From contig CAWBHS010000051.1 of assembly GCA_963788655.1 (NCBI GenBank), forward strand, positions 1 to 33,811: DNA of 33,811 bases, read 5' to 3'. Both the position numbers and the translations under genes were made by a program. Position 1 is the first letter of the stretch. Every line of letters starts with the position of its first letter. The DNA is from an uncultured Verrucomicrobiae bacterium (lineage in GTDB: Bacteria; Verrucomicrobiota; Verrucomicrobiia; Limisphaerales; JAFGQR01). The notes under the pieces are model-generated. The model did not search any database, was not told the DNA's origin, and saw nothing but the letters and a program-made list of their open reading frames with translations. This document shows, in pieces, positions 10,272-18,584 of the stretch.

Positions 10272-10366
10272 TCATGTGAAGTGGTCAGTAATGTGGAGTA
10301 GTGGGGGCGATCACTGCGGCTGGCGCGGGTTCGGCTCGTGTTTTACTTCACATTATTGACAAGGGG
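10265..10366 (+). repeat. Left 102-bp inverted repeat of the RIT element
   Basis: Exact reverse complement of 13727-13828; contains TCATGTGAAG, TAATGTGGAG, CTTCACATTA and TTGACA. Confidence 0.95.
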
Positions 10367-10375
10367 TTTTGACGA

Positions 10376-11393
10376 TTATAGCGACTCCAGCCATTTGATC
10401 AGATTTTGATCTGATCGCCATCGCCCCGACTGACCGTTGCGCGCCAACATTGGTTTTGCCTTGGCCAAAGCTTCCCGTTTGGCCTCCAGATCAAGCGTGA
10501 TGTACTTATTAGTGGTGTTCACGCTCGCGTGTCCAAGCAAATGCGCAATAGTGCTTAAATCGACTCCCGATCGGAGGAGGTGAACCGCAGTGCTGTGACG
10601 CCAACTGTGCGGGTGAAGCCGCTTCTTTTTCAGTGTCGGGGTATGGCGGGCGGCTTGATGGACATGCTTTTGCAGTATCCAGCGGATCCCAAATCGGCTG
10701 AGCGGAAATCCCCGATGATTGCAGAACACACTGCGCTTTTCCTCGAGGCCGATGGCACGGCCCTCCAGATACTGCCGCAACGCCCGGACGGTTTCCGGCC
10801 AAAGGGGACAGACTCGCTCCTTTCGGCCTTTTCCTCGCAAGAGAACACTGGTCGGTGGGATTAAACGAAGATCACAGGCTTGTAACCCCACCACTTCACT
10901 GACGCGGGCACCGGTGTTGAACAACAGACTTAACAGCACAAAGTCGCGCTGACCTTCGCCGACCCGCTGGTCGATGCCCCGGAGCACCGCTTGGATTTCC
11001 GCACACTCCAGGTGCTGGATCTCGCGGGAAGCGGTGCATTTAAATGGGATACTCAGGAGGCGTTGAGTTTGCGCCAGGTGCTGGGGATAATGGGCCCCCA
11101 AATAGCGGAAGAAGCTGTGAATGGCACTCAAGTGTACATTGCGTGTGCGGGCCGCATTGTGGCGCTCGGTCTCCAGATGCTGCAAAAACGCAGTGACCTG
11201 CTCAACCGTCAACTGCTCGACGGCCAACTGACTGGGATCGGCCTTCTTCCCGGCGACAAATTGCAGCAGCAGCTTTAGGCTGTCTCGGTAGCTGGCAACC
11301 GTATGTGGGCTCATGGCTTTCTGCCGGGGCAAGTAGTCGGTAAAGAAGCCCCGTAAGGCAGACGCTAAGACGGTGATGGGGCCGATTTTTCAA
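10376..11393 (-). CDS. Tyrosine recombinase RitC-like; probable frameshift in the first codons
   Basis: SPHTVASYRDSL, NTGARVSE, GKGRKER, HSWRHS, LLGH, TTNKY; the frame extends upstream of TTG 11332 as KIGPITVLASALRGFFTDYL but is out of frame with the TTG at 11393. Confidence 0.9.
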
Positions 11394-12282
11394 TCGGCAC
11401 CTCCGTCGGCAAAGATGGGGAACGCGTACTGATGGAAGCGCCGGTTGGCGGCTTGTTGCAGCTCCGGCGTGAGGTGGAGATAGTGGTGCGTGGAAACCGG
11501 ATTAACATGGCCAAGATAAGTCGCCAAATGGGGCAGCTTGGTGTGGAGATTTGTGCCCGTTTTGTACCACCGCTCTAAAATGGCTACCGCGCAGCTGTGC
11601 CGGAGGTCATGGATTCGTGGGGGACGACCGCGTTCGTCTAGCCCCCCGGTGGCTAGACATAAGAACTGCCAATTGCCGGCGAGTGCGGAAGCACTATAGA
11701 CTTGGGTGGCAGCCACGGGATTATCGCTCCAGATGAGATAATCGTTGGGTTGGACCGCCAACCCTCGACGCCGTCGCAGTGCCCGATACCATTGTAAGGC
11801 TTGGGCGACGGATTTGGATAAAGGAACCAAGCGAGATTTGTGGAACTTGGTGGCTTCGATGCGGAGCAGGTCTTCCTGGAGATCGCAGTGGCGCCATTGC
11901 AGGCGCAACAACTCACCGCGCCGCAAGCCACAGCAAAACAACAGGAGCAATGCCAACCGAACGGTTTGAGGTCGAAGAGGATTTTGATGAGAGGCTGGCA
12001 ACTGATCGGCCGTGGCCAGCACCCGGGCCATCTCCGAGGCCGAGACCAGATATGGGGGACGATGCGGGCTGGGTTTGGGGAAGGTCGCCAAATCCGGGAT
12101 GAAGGTTTTCGGATGCTGGCGGGCATGGAAAAGCAGAAAGTTGCGCACGATCCGCAGGCGATTCCGGAGCACTGTCGGGTGGAGTTTGGTCAGGGTCTGC
12201 GACCAGTGGTAAAACATCTCGGAGCGGACTTGGCGCACCGAACCAAACTCACGATGCAGAAACTCATCCCACCGTCGGAGGA
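11390..12282 (-). CDS. Tyrosine recombinase RitB-like domain (probably the C-terminal half of a RitA-RitB fusion)
   Basis: CGLRRGEL, TKFHKSRLVP, HDLRHS, LPHLATYLGH, THHYL; its expected N-terminal helices lie in the tail of the upstream ORF. Confidence 0.88.
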
Positions 12283-13712
12283 CCGGTCTCTTCCCGGTCA
12301 TAGCGTCGGCCCAAAGCGCGACGGTTGGCCAGATAGAGCCGAAGGGAGTTCGCCAAGCTGCTGTGAAAATCCGCGCTGGTCAAGGGCAAGGCTCGCACGG
12401 GACCCACGCGGAGCAATTTGACGTTCCAACCGGCGGGTTCCAGCATGGCGGCGGTTCCACCTTGGGGCACGCCCAAGCCCACTTGACGCAGATCGTCGAC
12501 CGCCAAACGGAGATAAACGGTGGTGCTTTCTGGATCACGATGTCCCAGCACATCCCCGATGGCTCCGAGCGTAACTCCGCGGCGCAACAGGTGAACCGCC
12601 AGTGAATGGCGCAACGCATGCGTGCCCATCGGGGGAAGATCCAGACCGCTCTGGCCGATGCGATGCTCCAAAATATCATGCACGGCCGTGGGGGCTAACG
12701 GCCCCATCGGAGCTCGTCGCCGTAGGAACAGTTCGCGAAACGAACTGCGTGGGCGAGCGATTTTTAAGTAGCGCGTGAAAATATCCCCGGCTTCATCGGT
12801 CAAGGGCAGTCGGAGAACCTGCCGGGTCTTTGTTTGCGGGACTTGCAGGATACCCGCACGCCAATCAATGTCCTCCAATTTCAGTCGCACCAGCTCCCCG
12901 CTGCGCAAACCATACCGGGCCGCCATATACAACAGGGTGAAGTCACGCAGACCAGCCGGCTGTGAGCGGTCAATGGAGCGGAGCAGCGCAACGATCGGCT
13001 CCCAGGGCAACGCGCGCGGCAGTTGCTCCAGTCGGTAGGTGCGCGGGGTGTCGATCTGCTGATGTAACGGTTGTTTGATAACGCCTTGGGCATGCTGCCG
13101 CCGGAGAAAGCCACGTAACGAGGCGACGACGTGTGGGAGGCTAAACCGGTTGTTGGTTTTGGCCGCCTTGCGCAGAAAGGCCGCGATCCGGTCTGTCCGT
13201 AACCTGCGGATTACCGCAGGGTCTTGATCAAACTTCAGGAATCGCAGGAAGAACCGGAGGCGGTTCTGGTGCCCCGCGATAGTCGACTCCGCCATGCCGC
13301 GCACTTCTCGCAAATAAGTGCCGTAAGCTTGCAACTCCCGCTCCGAAGCCAGGAGCGGAGCGGCCTGGCCTTCGGGAATCAGTTGCTGATCTCGAAAGAA
13401 TCTTTCCACGGCGCGCGTCGTGCCGGCCACATCCGGACGACGTAAGCGAAACCAATCGTAGGCCGCACTCAAATCCAGTTGCGTGAGTCCCTTGAGGGCA
13501 GGTCCTCGGCGTCGTTTTAGCCAGCGGATCAGGCAACTGATCCCCTTGAGGTAATTACGGAGTGTCGACTCGGCGTATTCGTGGTGCCGAAGCCAAGTCA
13601 GCATATCGTCCAAGACCGGACCAATGACCGGCAGTTGACGATACCGGGACCGAGGCCCTGGAGGCATACGAAACTGTTTGCAAGGTAATATTGCTTTCAT
13701 TCCCGGCAGCAA
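12264..13712 (-). CDS. Tyrosine recombinase RitA-like with a C-terminal extension that is the RitB N-terminus
   Basis: LRDFTLL..YGLRSGEL, HALRHS, VLGH, TTVYL; continues without a stop into FHSSLANSLRLYLANRRALGRRYDREE. Start codon uncertain (13712, 13700 or 13667). Confidence 0.9.
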   Translation of the reverse strand: MLPGMKAILPCKQFRMPPGPRSRYRQLPVIGPVLDDMLTWLRHHEYAESTLRNYLKGISCLIRWLKRRRGPALKGLTQLDLSAAYDWFRLRRPDVAGTTRAVERFFRDQQLIPEGQAAPLLASERELQAYGTYLREVRGMAESTIAGHQNRLRFFLRFLKFDQDPAVIRRLRTDRIAAFLRKAAKTNNRFSLPHVVASLRGFLRRQHAQGVIKQPLHQQIDTPRTYRLEQLPRALPWEPIVALLRSIDRSQPAGLRDFTLLYMAARYGLRSGELVRLKLEDIDWRAGILQVPQTKTRQVLRLPLTDEAGDIFTRYLKIARPRSSFRELFLRRRAPMGPLAPTAVHDILEHRIGQSGLDLPPMGTHALRHSLAVHLLRRGVTLGAIGDVLGHRDPESTTVYLRLAVDDLRQVGLGVPQGGTAAMLEPAGWNVKLLRVGPVRALPLTSADFHSSLANSLRLYLANRRALGRRYDREETGPPTVG

Positions 13713-13726
13713 CCGGGAAACCCAAT

Positions 13727-13828
13727 CCCCTTGTCAATAATGTGAAGTAAAACACGAGCCGAACCCGCGCCAGCCGCAGTGATCGCCCCCACTACTCCAC
13801 ATTACTGACCACTTCACATGAATCCAAT
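13727..13828 (-). repeat. Right 102-bp inverted repeat of the RIT element
   Basis: Exact reverse complement of 10265-10366. Confidence 0.95.
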
Positions 13829-13853
13829 TATGTGGAGCTCCACATAATTGGAT
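13822..13853. repeat. Perfect 32-bp palindrome at the RIT right end
   Basis: ATCCAATTATGTGGAG|CTCCACATAATTGGAT. Confidence 0.95.
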
Positions 13854-13864
13854 GATCTGGGATA

Positions 13865-13910
13865 TTGAACCTGTCACTTTATTTGAACCTGTCACTTTAT
13901 GTCACTTTAT
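13865..13910. repeat. 18-bp direct repeat x2 plus a 10-bp partial copy
   Basis: TTGAACCTGTCACTTTAT TTGAACCTGTCACTTTAT GTCACTTTAT. Confidence 0.9.
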
Positions 13911-14064
13911 TTTATTTGCCGAACACGACACCAAACTGGCCGATTGGTGCTGGGTCGCTCCTGGAAGTGAAGCCCGATTGCTCAAAGCGATTCGGACGGT
14001 GCTGGCTGTACAATCGCAATAACTCCTGGAGCTACGACATGCTTGGGCGTCGTTGGAAACGGTA

Positions 14065-14574
14065 TTACTTTCCGCGCGAGCCTTTTGGCGAGGTTTCTTC
14101 CAGGTCCAGCAGGCGAACCTTCCGATCCAGTCCTCCGGAAAAACCGCCCAATTTTCCACCGGTCGCAACCACTCGATGGCAGGGCACCAGCACCGGGATG
14201 GGGTTCGCGCCACACGCTCCACCCACCGCCCGCGAGGCTTTGGCATTGCCAAGGGCCTGGGCAATCTCCGCATAAGTCCGCACCTGTCCGGGCGAAATCT
14301 GGCGCAGTTGCGACCACACTTGCTGCTGGAAAGGCGTAGCCGCCGACCAGTCGAGTGGCGGCAGGGATTGCGGCGCCCGTCCCGCCAATGCCGCTTTCAG
14401 TGCCGCTGCGGTTTGCTTTTCCCACTGACGCACTCGGGGATCGGTCGCCGTCGCTGCTGGTTTTGGGATCGTGCAGCCGTTGCGATGCGATGGGAACGTT
14501 AGCTTTACCAGTCCACGTTCAGAAAACTCGGCGGTAAACACGCCCCACGAAGTCTGGATTATATGGCTGCTCAT
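14065..14574 (-). CDS. ogt: Methylated-DNA--protein-cysteine S-methyltransferase
   Basis: TPFQQQVW..GQVRTYAEIA..ASRAVGGACGANPIPVLVPCHRV..LGGFSGG; active-site PCHR motif. Confidence 0.95.
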   Translation of the reverse strand: MSSHIIQTSWGVFTAEFSERGLVKLTFPSHRNGCTIPKPAATATDPRVRQWEKQTAAALKAALAGRAPQSLPPLDWSAATPFQQQVWSQLRQISPGQVRTYAEIAQALGNAKASRAVGGACGANPIPVLVPCHRVVATGGKLGGFSGGLDRKVRLLDLEETSPKGSRGK

Positions 14575-14669
14575 TTTCTTACTCCAACATGGCACTCGGG
14601 TAAAGATACGGTACTAACGCGCTTCCCAAATGGCTCGTTCCATTATTCCTGGCGCCTGAAAGAATTTGA

Positions 14670-14747
14670 TTAGGCTCGCCAAAAATAGACGATTGCGGCA
14701 ATCCCCACCACGACCACCGCCAGCACAACAATCAGGCCAATTGACAT
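14670..14747 (-). CDS. Putative 25-aa single-pass membrane microprotein
   Basis: ATG..TAA frame MSIGLIVVLAVVVVGIAAIVYFWRA, co-oriented and starting about 20 nt after the stop of the upstream gene; alternative ATG at 14762. Confidence 0.45.
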   Translation of the reverse strand: MSIGLIVVLAVVVVGIAAIVYFWRA

Positions 14748-14768
14748 GTGGGAAGCCACCATGGGTGG

Positions 14769-15296
14769 TCAATGATGTCCGATGAATGAAGTGAGAATGC
14801 CCAGCAACAGCAGGACCAGGAATACCACCAGAAAGATGAACCGGTTCCGCGCCACCCGTTTCTCGTAACGCAGCGGACGCAGTCCCTGAATGCTGCCGGC
14901 GGCCAGATAATTGACGAGCTTCGGATTCGAAGGCGGTGCGCCTTGAAACTGTTTGAAGAAACGCCGGAAGGCAGCGCCAAAATCGTATTTGCGCACTTCC
15001 AACTCATTAAAACGCTCGGCAGGTTCTGCCTTGCGCGACTTCGCCGGCGTCGCCAGGGACTTGTCGCGGACTTCTTCGAAGGCCGGTTCGGCGATCACCG
15101 CCGCTTTGGCCGCGCGCGCTGCGGGCCGTTGGGGGGAGCGAGATCGGGGCTGCTCCGGAGACGGTTTGCGTTTCCGCGCGGATTTTTCCTGTTGCGTGGT
15201 TAGCCGCTGGATTTGTGATTCCAGGGCGGCAATTTCGTTATTGAGCGATCGAGCCCTTGCTGAGACGGGATCGGCCTTTTTCGTAAAATATCCCAT
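14769..15296 (-). CDS. Hypothetical protein: N-terminal coiled coil, C-terminal TM anchor
   Basis: SLNNEIAALESQIQRL; LVNYLAAGSIQGLRPLRYEKRVARNRF followed by a hydrophobic helix; 9-nt gap to the upstream gene. Confidence 0.8.
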   Translation of the reverse strand: MGYFTKKADPVSARARSLNNEIAALESQIQRLTTQQEKSARKRKPSPEQPRSRSPQRPAARAAKAAVIAEPAFEEVRDKSLATPAKSRKAEPAERFNELEVRKYDFGAAFRRFFKQFQGAPPSNPKLVNYLAAGSIQGLRPLRYEKRVARNRFIFLVVFLVLLLLGILTSFIGHH

Positions 15297-15305
15297 GGGA
15301 CTGCC

Positions 15306-15998
15306 TTAACTTAGCCGGATCAGGAGCACGACAAAAGTGGCCAGCGCCAACAGCGCCAACGGCCAAGTCAGCGCCAAACCCATTTTGCACAGCTCTGCAT
15401 AGCTTTTCGGGTAAAGCAAATGTTGCACCGCACCGCCGGTTTCATCCGATTTTGCGGTTCCTTCTGTTTTTTCTCCCGTCAAAACCGGGAATTTCAACCG
15501 GGCCGCGTTCCATTCCATCCGAGCGTTTTCTATCGTGGTCAACGCCCGCGTCAACTCCACATTCAGGTTGTCCTGTTTCCAAGTTTCTTCTTGGATGGCT
15601 TGAATCTTCCCCAGGGCATCACGAAATTCCGTCAATGCCCGGCTCATCTGCTCGGCGTCGCGGCGGGCGGCAAATTCCGCTTCTTCCAGCAAGCCGAGGC
15701 CGCGCGTGAGATTCTCCAACATCTCTTCCCGTCCAGTGGAGAATTCGTTTTGCCGGCGACGCAATTCCTCCAGTGACGAACGTTCACGCTCCAACTCCTG
15801 CTGCGCCTGTTTGAGGCTGGTCAGTTTATGCTGCATTTCCGTCACCCGGCTCTCGACATCCTCGCGGGTGGGAGCGCGCCCCGAAGCCGGTTCACTGAAC
15901 GGGTTGGTGCTTGGTGGAGTTTCCGATTCCGCCGCCGTCTTTTTGACGGGCTGGAAATCGTCATCCACGAACTCCGACGGATCGAATTGCGAAGCCAT
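15306..15998 (-). CDS. Hypothetical coiled-coil protein with C-terminal TM anchor
   Basis: Long E/Q/R-rich heptad region; C-terminal MGLALTWPLALLALATFVVLL. Confidence 0.85.
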   Translation of the reverse strand: MASQFDPSEFVDDDFQPVKKTAAESETPPSTNPFSEPASGRAPTREDVESRVTEMQHKLTSLKQAQQELERERSSLEELRRRQNEFSTGREEMLENLTRGLGLLEEAEFAARRDAEQMSRALTEFRDALGKIQAIQEETWKQDNLNVELTRALTTIENARMEWNAARLKFPVLTGEKTEGTAKSDETGGAVQHLLYPKSYAELCKMGLALTWPLALLALATFVVLLIRLS

Positions 15999-16077
15999 GG
16001 CGCGACTTTAGTGCGAAGCCCTGGTACTGTAAAGCAGCCTTTGAAAAAAAAGAAAACGTCGAAGCGCACGCCTTTAA

Positions 16078-16102
16078 CGTGCTGCCGGCGTCCCGCCGGC
16101 AG
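16078..16102. repeat. REP-like hairpin
   Basis: ctgccggcg tcc cgccggcag: 9-bp stem preceded by cgtg. Confidence 0.55.
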
Positions 16103-16233
16103 AACCGAACGCGCGACAATCGTCCCAACGTCGGAGCATGCTGACCTCCATCTCCAGTTTTGAATCCGCCGCGAACCTGCGACGCCAGCCAGAAATTCGG
16201 ATATCGAAGACCTACTGCCAGTCCGCCCTCGCA

Positions 16234-16289
16234 TATCCGGCATCCGGCATCTGGTATCCGGTATCCGGTATCCGGTATCCGGCATCCGC
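16234..16289. repeat. Heptamer tandem repeat (YATCCGG) x8
   Basis: tatccgg catccgg catctgg tatccgg tatccgg tatccgg tatccgg catccgc, directly after the DUF420 stop codon. Confidence 0.95.
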
Positions 16290-16294
16290 CCTCC

Positions 16295-16720
16295 TCATCC
16301 CTGCGGGAATATCTGATAAAGCAGCAAGTAAATCACCACCCCTGTTACCGACACATACATCCACACTGGCCACGTCCAACGCGCAATCCGTTTGTGGCGG
16401 TCGAAGTGACCCCGAAGAGCGCGGAACAGGGTCACCATTACCAATGGGACAATCACCGCGGCCAGCACGGTGTGCGTGAGCAGGATCGCCAGGTAAATGG
16501 GGCGGAACCAGGTTGGGTCTTTAAATACCGTCCGTCCCGCCTGATAGTGATAAACCAGGTAACTCACCAGGAACAACGTGGAGGTTACCACAGCTCCGAG
16601 CATGCAGTTGCGATGGGCGGTTTGCCGGCCTCGGCGGATGAACACGAAACCCGCAGTAAGGAGAACTGCGCTCAGGGAATTGAGCGAGGCATTGACAATC
16701 GGTAGGTCGGCAATAGTCAT
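16295..16720 (-). CDS. DUF420 (YozB-like) membrane protein
   Basis: LPIVNASLN..AHRNCM..FLVSYLVYH..ILLTHTVLA..HKRIARWTWPVWMYVSVTGVVIY; typical companion of cox operons. Confidence 0.92.
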   Translation of the reverse strand: MTIADLPIVNASLNSLSAVLLTAGFVFIRRGRQTAHRNCMLGAVVTSTLFLVSYLVYHYQAGRTVFKDPTWFRPIYLAILLTHTVLAAVIVPLVMVTLFRALRGHFDRHKRIARWTWPVWMYVSVTGVVIYLLLYQIFPQG

Positions 16721-16814
16721 GGGCGGCAAGGTAGGAAGCTGGGTCAGGGGATAAATCCAACAGAAATCCGAAAGTCGAATACCCGAACACCCACCACAGC
16801 GTATGGCGTCGCTG

Positions 16815-17471
16815 TCATGAGGTCTCCTGCAAGAGCGCATGGATGGTTTGCAGCAGGCGCTTTTTCATGTTGGGTTCGTTGTATTCAAACACCCCGCGGG
16901 CGCGGCCCTTTTGGTCCACCACCACGAAATAGGTTGAGTGTACAAACAAATCGGCCGGCGTGGTGCGTTCTTCGGGTTGCTTCTTGGCCGCCACGAATTT
17001 GAATCCGTCAATCGCCAGGTTGGCGATGGCGTGGGGATCGCCGGTGAGAAACCACCACCGATTGAATTGGGCGCCGTAGCGTTCGCCGTATTTCTTGAGG
17101 ACGGCGGGCGTGTCGTATTCGGCATCGGTGGTGAGTGTGACCAATTTGACCGCCTGGTCGGAGGGCAGGGCCGCCTGAATCTCGCTCAGCCGCTGGGTCA
17201 TCAACGGGCACGGGCCAGCGCACCGGGTGAAGATAATGTCGGCTACCCACACGTGTCCGCGCAGGTCCGCCAGCGTGACCCGTTGGGAATTCTGATTAGT
17301 GAGCGCGAATTCCGGAATCGTGAAGAACACCGGCGGACGATGGAGCGTCTGCCGCCGCTGGTTGATGAGATACAGCGCACCAGCCAGGACGACGCCCGTC
17401 AGTAGCATCAGCACGACTCCCCAAAGGAGCAGCCCTACGGGGCGACTCGGATGATGGGTTGCATTTTCCAC
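16815..17471 (-). CDS. SCO1/SenC copper chaperone
   Basis: N-terminal TM; FALTNQN, IFTRCAGPCP (CxxxC), distal His in VHSTYFVVVD. Start uncertain (17471 or 17507). Confidence 0.93.
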   Translation of the reverse strand: MENATHHPSRPVGLLLWGVVLMLLTGVVLAGALYLINQRRQTLHRPPVFFTIPEFALTNQNSQRVTLADLRGHVWVADIIFTRCAGPCPLMTQRLSEIQAALPSDQAVKLVTLTTDAEYDTPAVLKKYGERYGAQFNRWWFLTGDPHAIANLAIDGFKFVAAKKQPEERTTPADLFVHSTYFVVVDQKGRARGVFEYNEPNMKKRLLQTIHALLQETS

Positions 17472-17539
17472 AACCTCAACGATAGGGATATCCCCGACGG
17501 AAAACAATTCCCAGATTCGTCCGGGCGATTGGCATCGCT

Positions 17540-18313
17540 TTATTCAAAGCCGTTGGCTCTGGGGGCGCCGACCTTGTCCGCGACCCACTGGTCGTACTCC
17601 TTCTGGGTGACCACCGTCAGGCGGCCGCGCATGCTATAATGTCCCAGTCCACAAAGCTGGGCGCAATTGATCGGCATCGAGCCGGTTTTGGTAGCGATGA
17701 AGTGGAGGGGCACACTCATGCCCGGAATGGCGTCCTGCGTAATGCGCAACGGCAGCACTTTGAAGCAATGAATGACATCCAGCGAGGAGACGTGGATAAT
17801 CACCGGTTTATTGACGGGGACTTTGAGATCGTTGACGACGACAAAATCATCAGCGCCCGCGGGATCGGTATTAGGGTCCAAAAAGCCAAACTTGTTTTCG
17901 GGCGTGGCCAGGCGCATTTCTCGCCGGCCAAAAACACCGTTGGTTCCGGGGTAAATCGCGTTCCAGGCGAATTGCTGGCCGATGACATGAATGACGACTG
18001 ATTCGTCCTCCGGGGGAAACTTGTCCACCGCCTTGGACCAAACCGGGATCGAGATACCCACGAGCAGGACGATTTCGAAAATAGCCACCGCGACTTCGAG
18101 ATAGCTGGAGAAGTGACTGGTAACGCCAACATGCTCGGCGCGGGGGTGCTTTGATTGGCGATAACGCCACAAGACAAAGAGGAAAAAAAGCGACCACCCG
18201 ACAAACAAGGCGCCCATCAGGAAATGCATTAACACCATTAAGCGGTCAACTGCAGCTCCGTTTTGGGAGGCTAATTCCGGGAGTCCGATCAGTTTCTCAA
18301 CAAAATGCATCAT
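17540..18313 (-). CDS. ctaC: Cytochrome c oxidase subunit II (no fused cytochrome c)
   Basis: Two TM helices; GQQFAW; CuA ligands DVIH..CAQLCGLGHYSM; QDAIPG. Confidence 0.95.
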   Translation of the reverse strand: MMHFVEKLIGLPELASQNGAAVDRLMVLMHFLMGALFVGWSLFFLFVLWRYRQSKHPRAEHVGVTSHFSSYLEVAVAIFEIVLLVGISIPVWSKAVDKFPPEDESVVIHVIGQQFAWNAIYPGTNGVFGRREMRLATPENKFGFLDPNTDPAGADDFVVVNDLKVPVNKPVIIHVSSLDVIHCFKVLPLRITQDAIPGMSVPLHFIATKTGSMPINCAQLCGLGHYSMRGRLTVVTQKEYDQWVADKVGAPRANGFE

Positions 18314-18314
18314 G

Positions 18315-18584
18315 TTAGCCTAGAATTTCAGAGGTCGGTTTATCTTTGGAATCTTCCGCGACCTCGGAGGATTTCCGTACCAGGTAAATTAAGAAAGCAG
18401 CAAACGATCCCAGAACAATAACCACGAAACCCAGGAGGGTGAAGATGCCCCAATTCATCCCCACGGCCAGTTGGGAGTCCGATTGTCCAAAACACGCCGC
18501 ACAGGCCAATACCGAACGAGGTAGCAACAAGCAGCTACTGCCCAGCAGCAACGTCACCGCTCTTGGAAAATTGCGTATCATCAT
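18315..18584 (-). CDS. Small membrane protein with CxxC after the signal peptide
   Basis: Signal-like N-terminus, ACAACFG, one TM helix; overlaps or abuts both neighbours. Confidence 0.8.
   Translation of the reverse strand: MMIRNFPRAVTLLLGSSCLLLPRSVLACAACFGQSDSQLAVGMNWGIFTLLGFVVIVLGSFAAFLIYLVRKSSEVAEDSKDKPTSEILG

Larger units (their letters stand above)
10272..13847 (-). mobile_element. RIT (recombinase-in-trio) element inserted in istB
   Basis: Three overlapping tyrosine-recombinase catalytic domains; flanked by direct copies of TTGGAT (10266-10271, 13848-13853); removing the element plus one copy restores istB GTG ATA TTG GAT GAT CTG GGA TAT. Confidence 0.93.

Noticed and set aside
10376..13712. 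Prophage integrase or integron
   Set aside because: No phage genes or attC cassettes; three overlapping recombinase domains bounded by IRs fit a RIT element.
13865..13910. Possible CRISPR array
   Set aside because: Repeats are 18 bp and adjacent with no spacers; no cas genes in the window. The heptamer tracts at 7682 and 16234 fail for the same reason.
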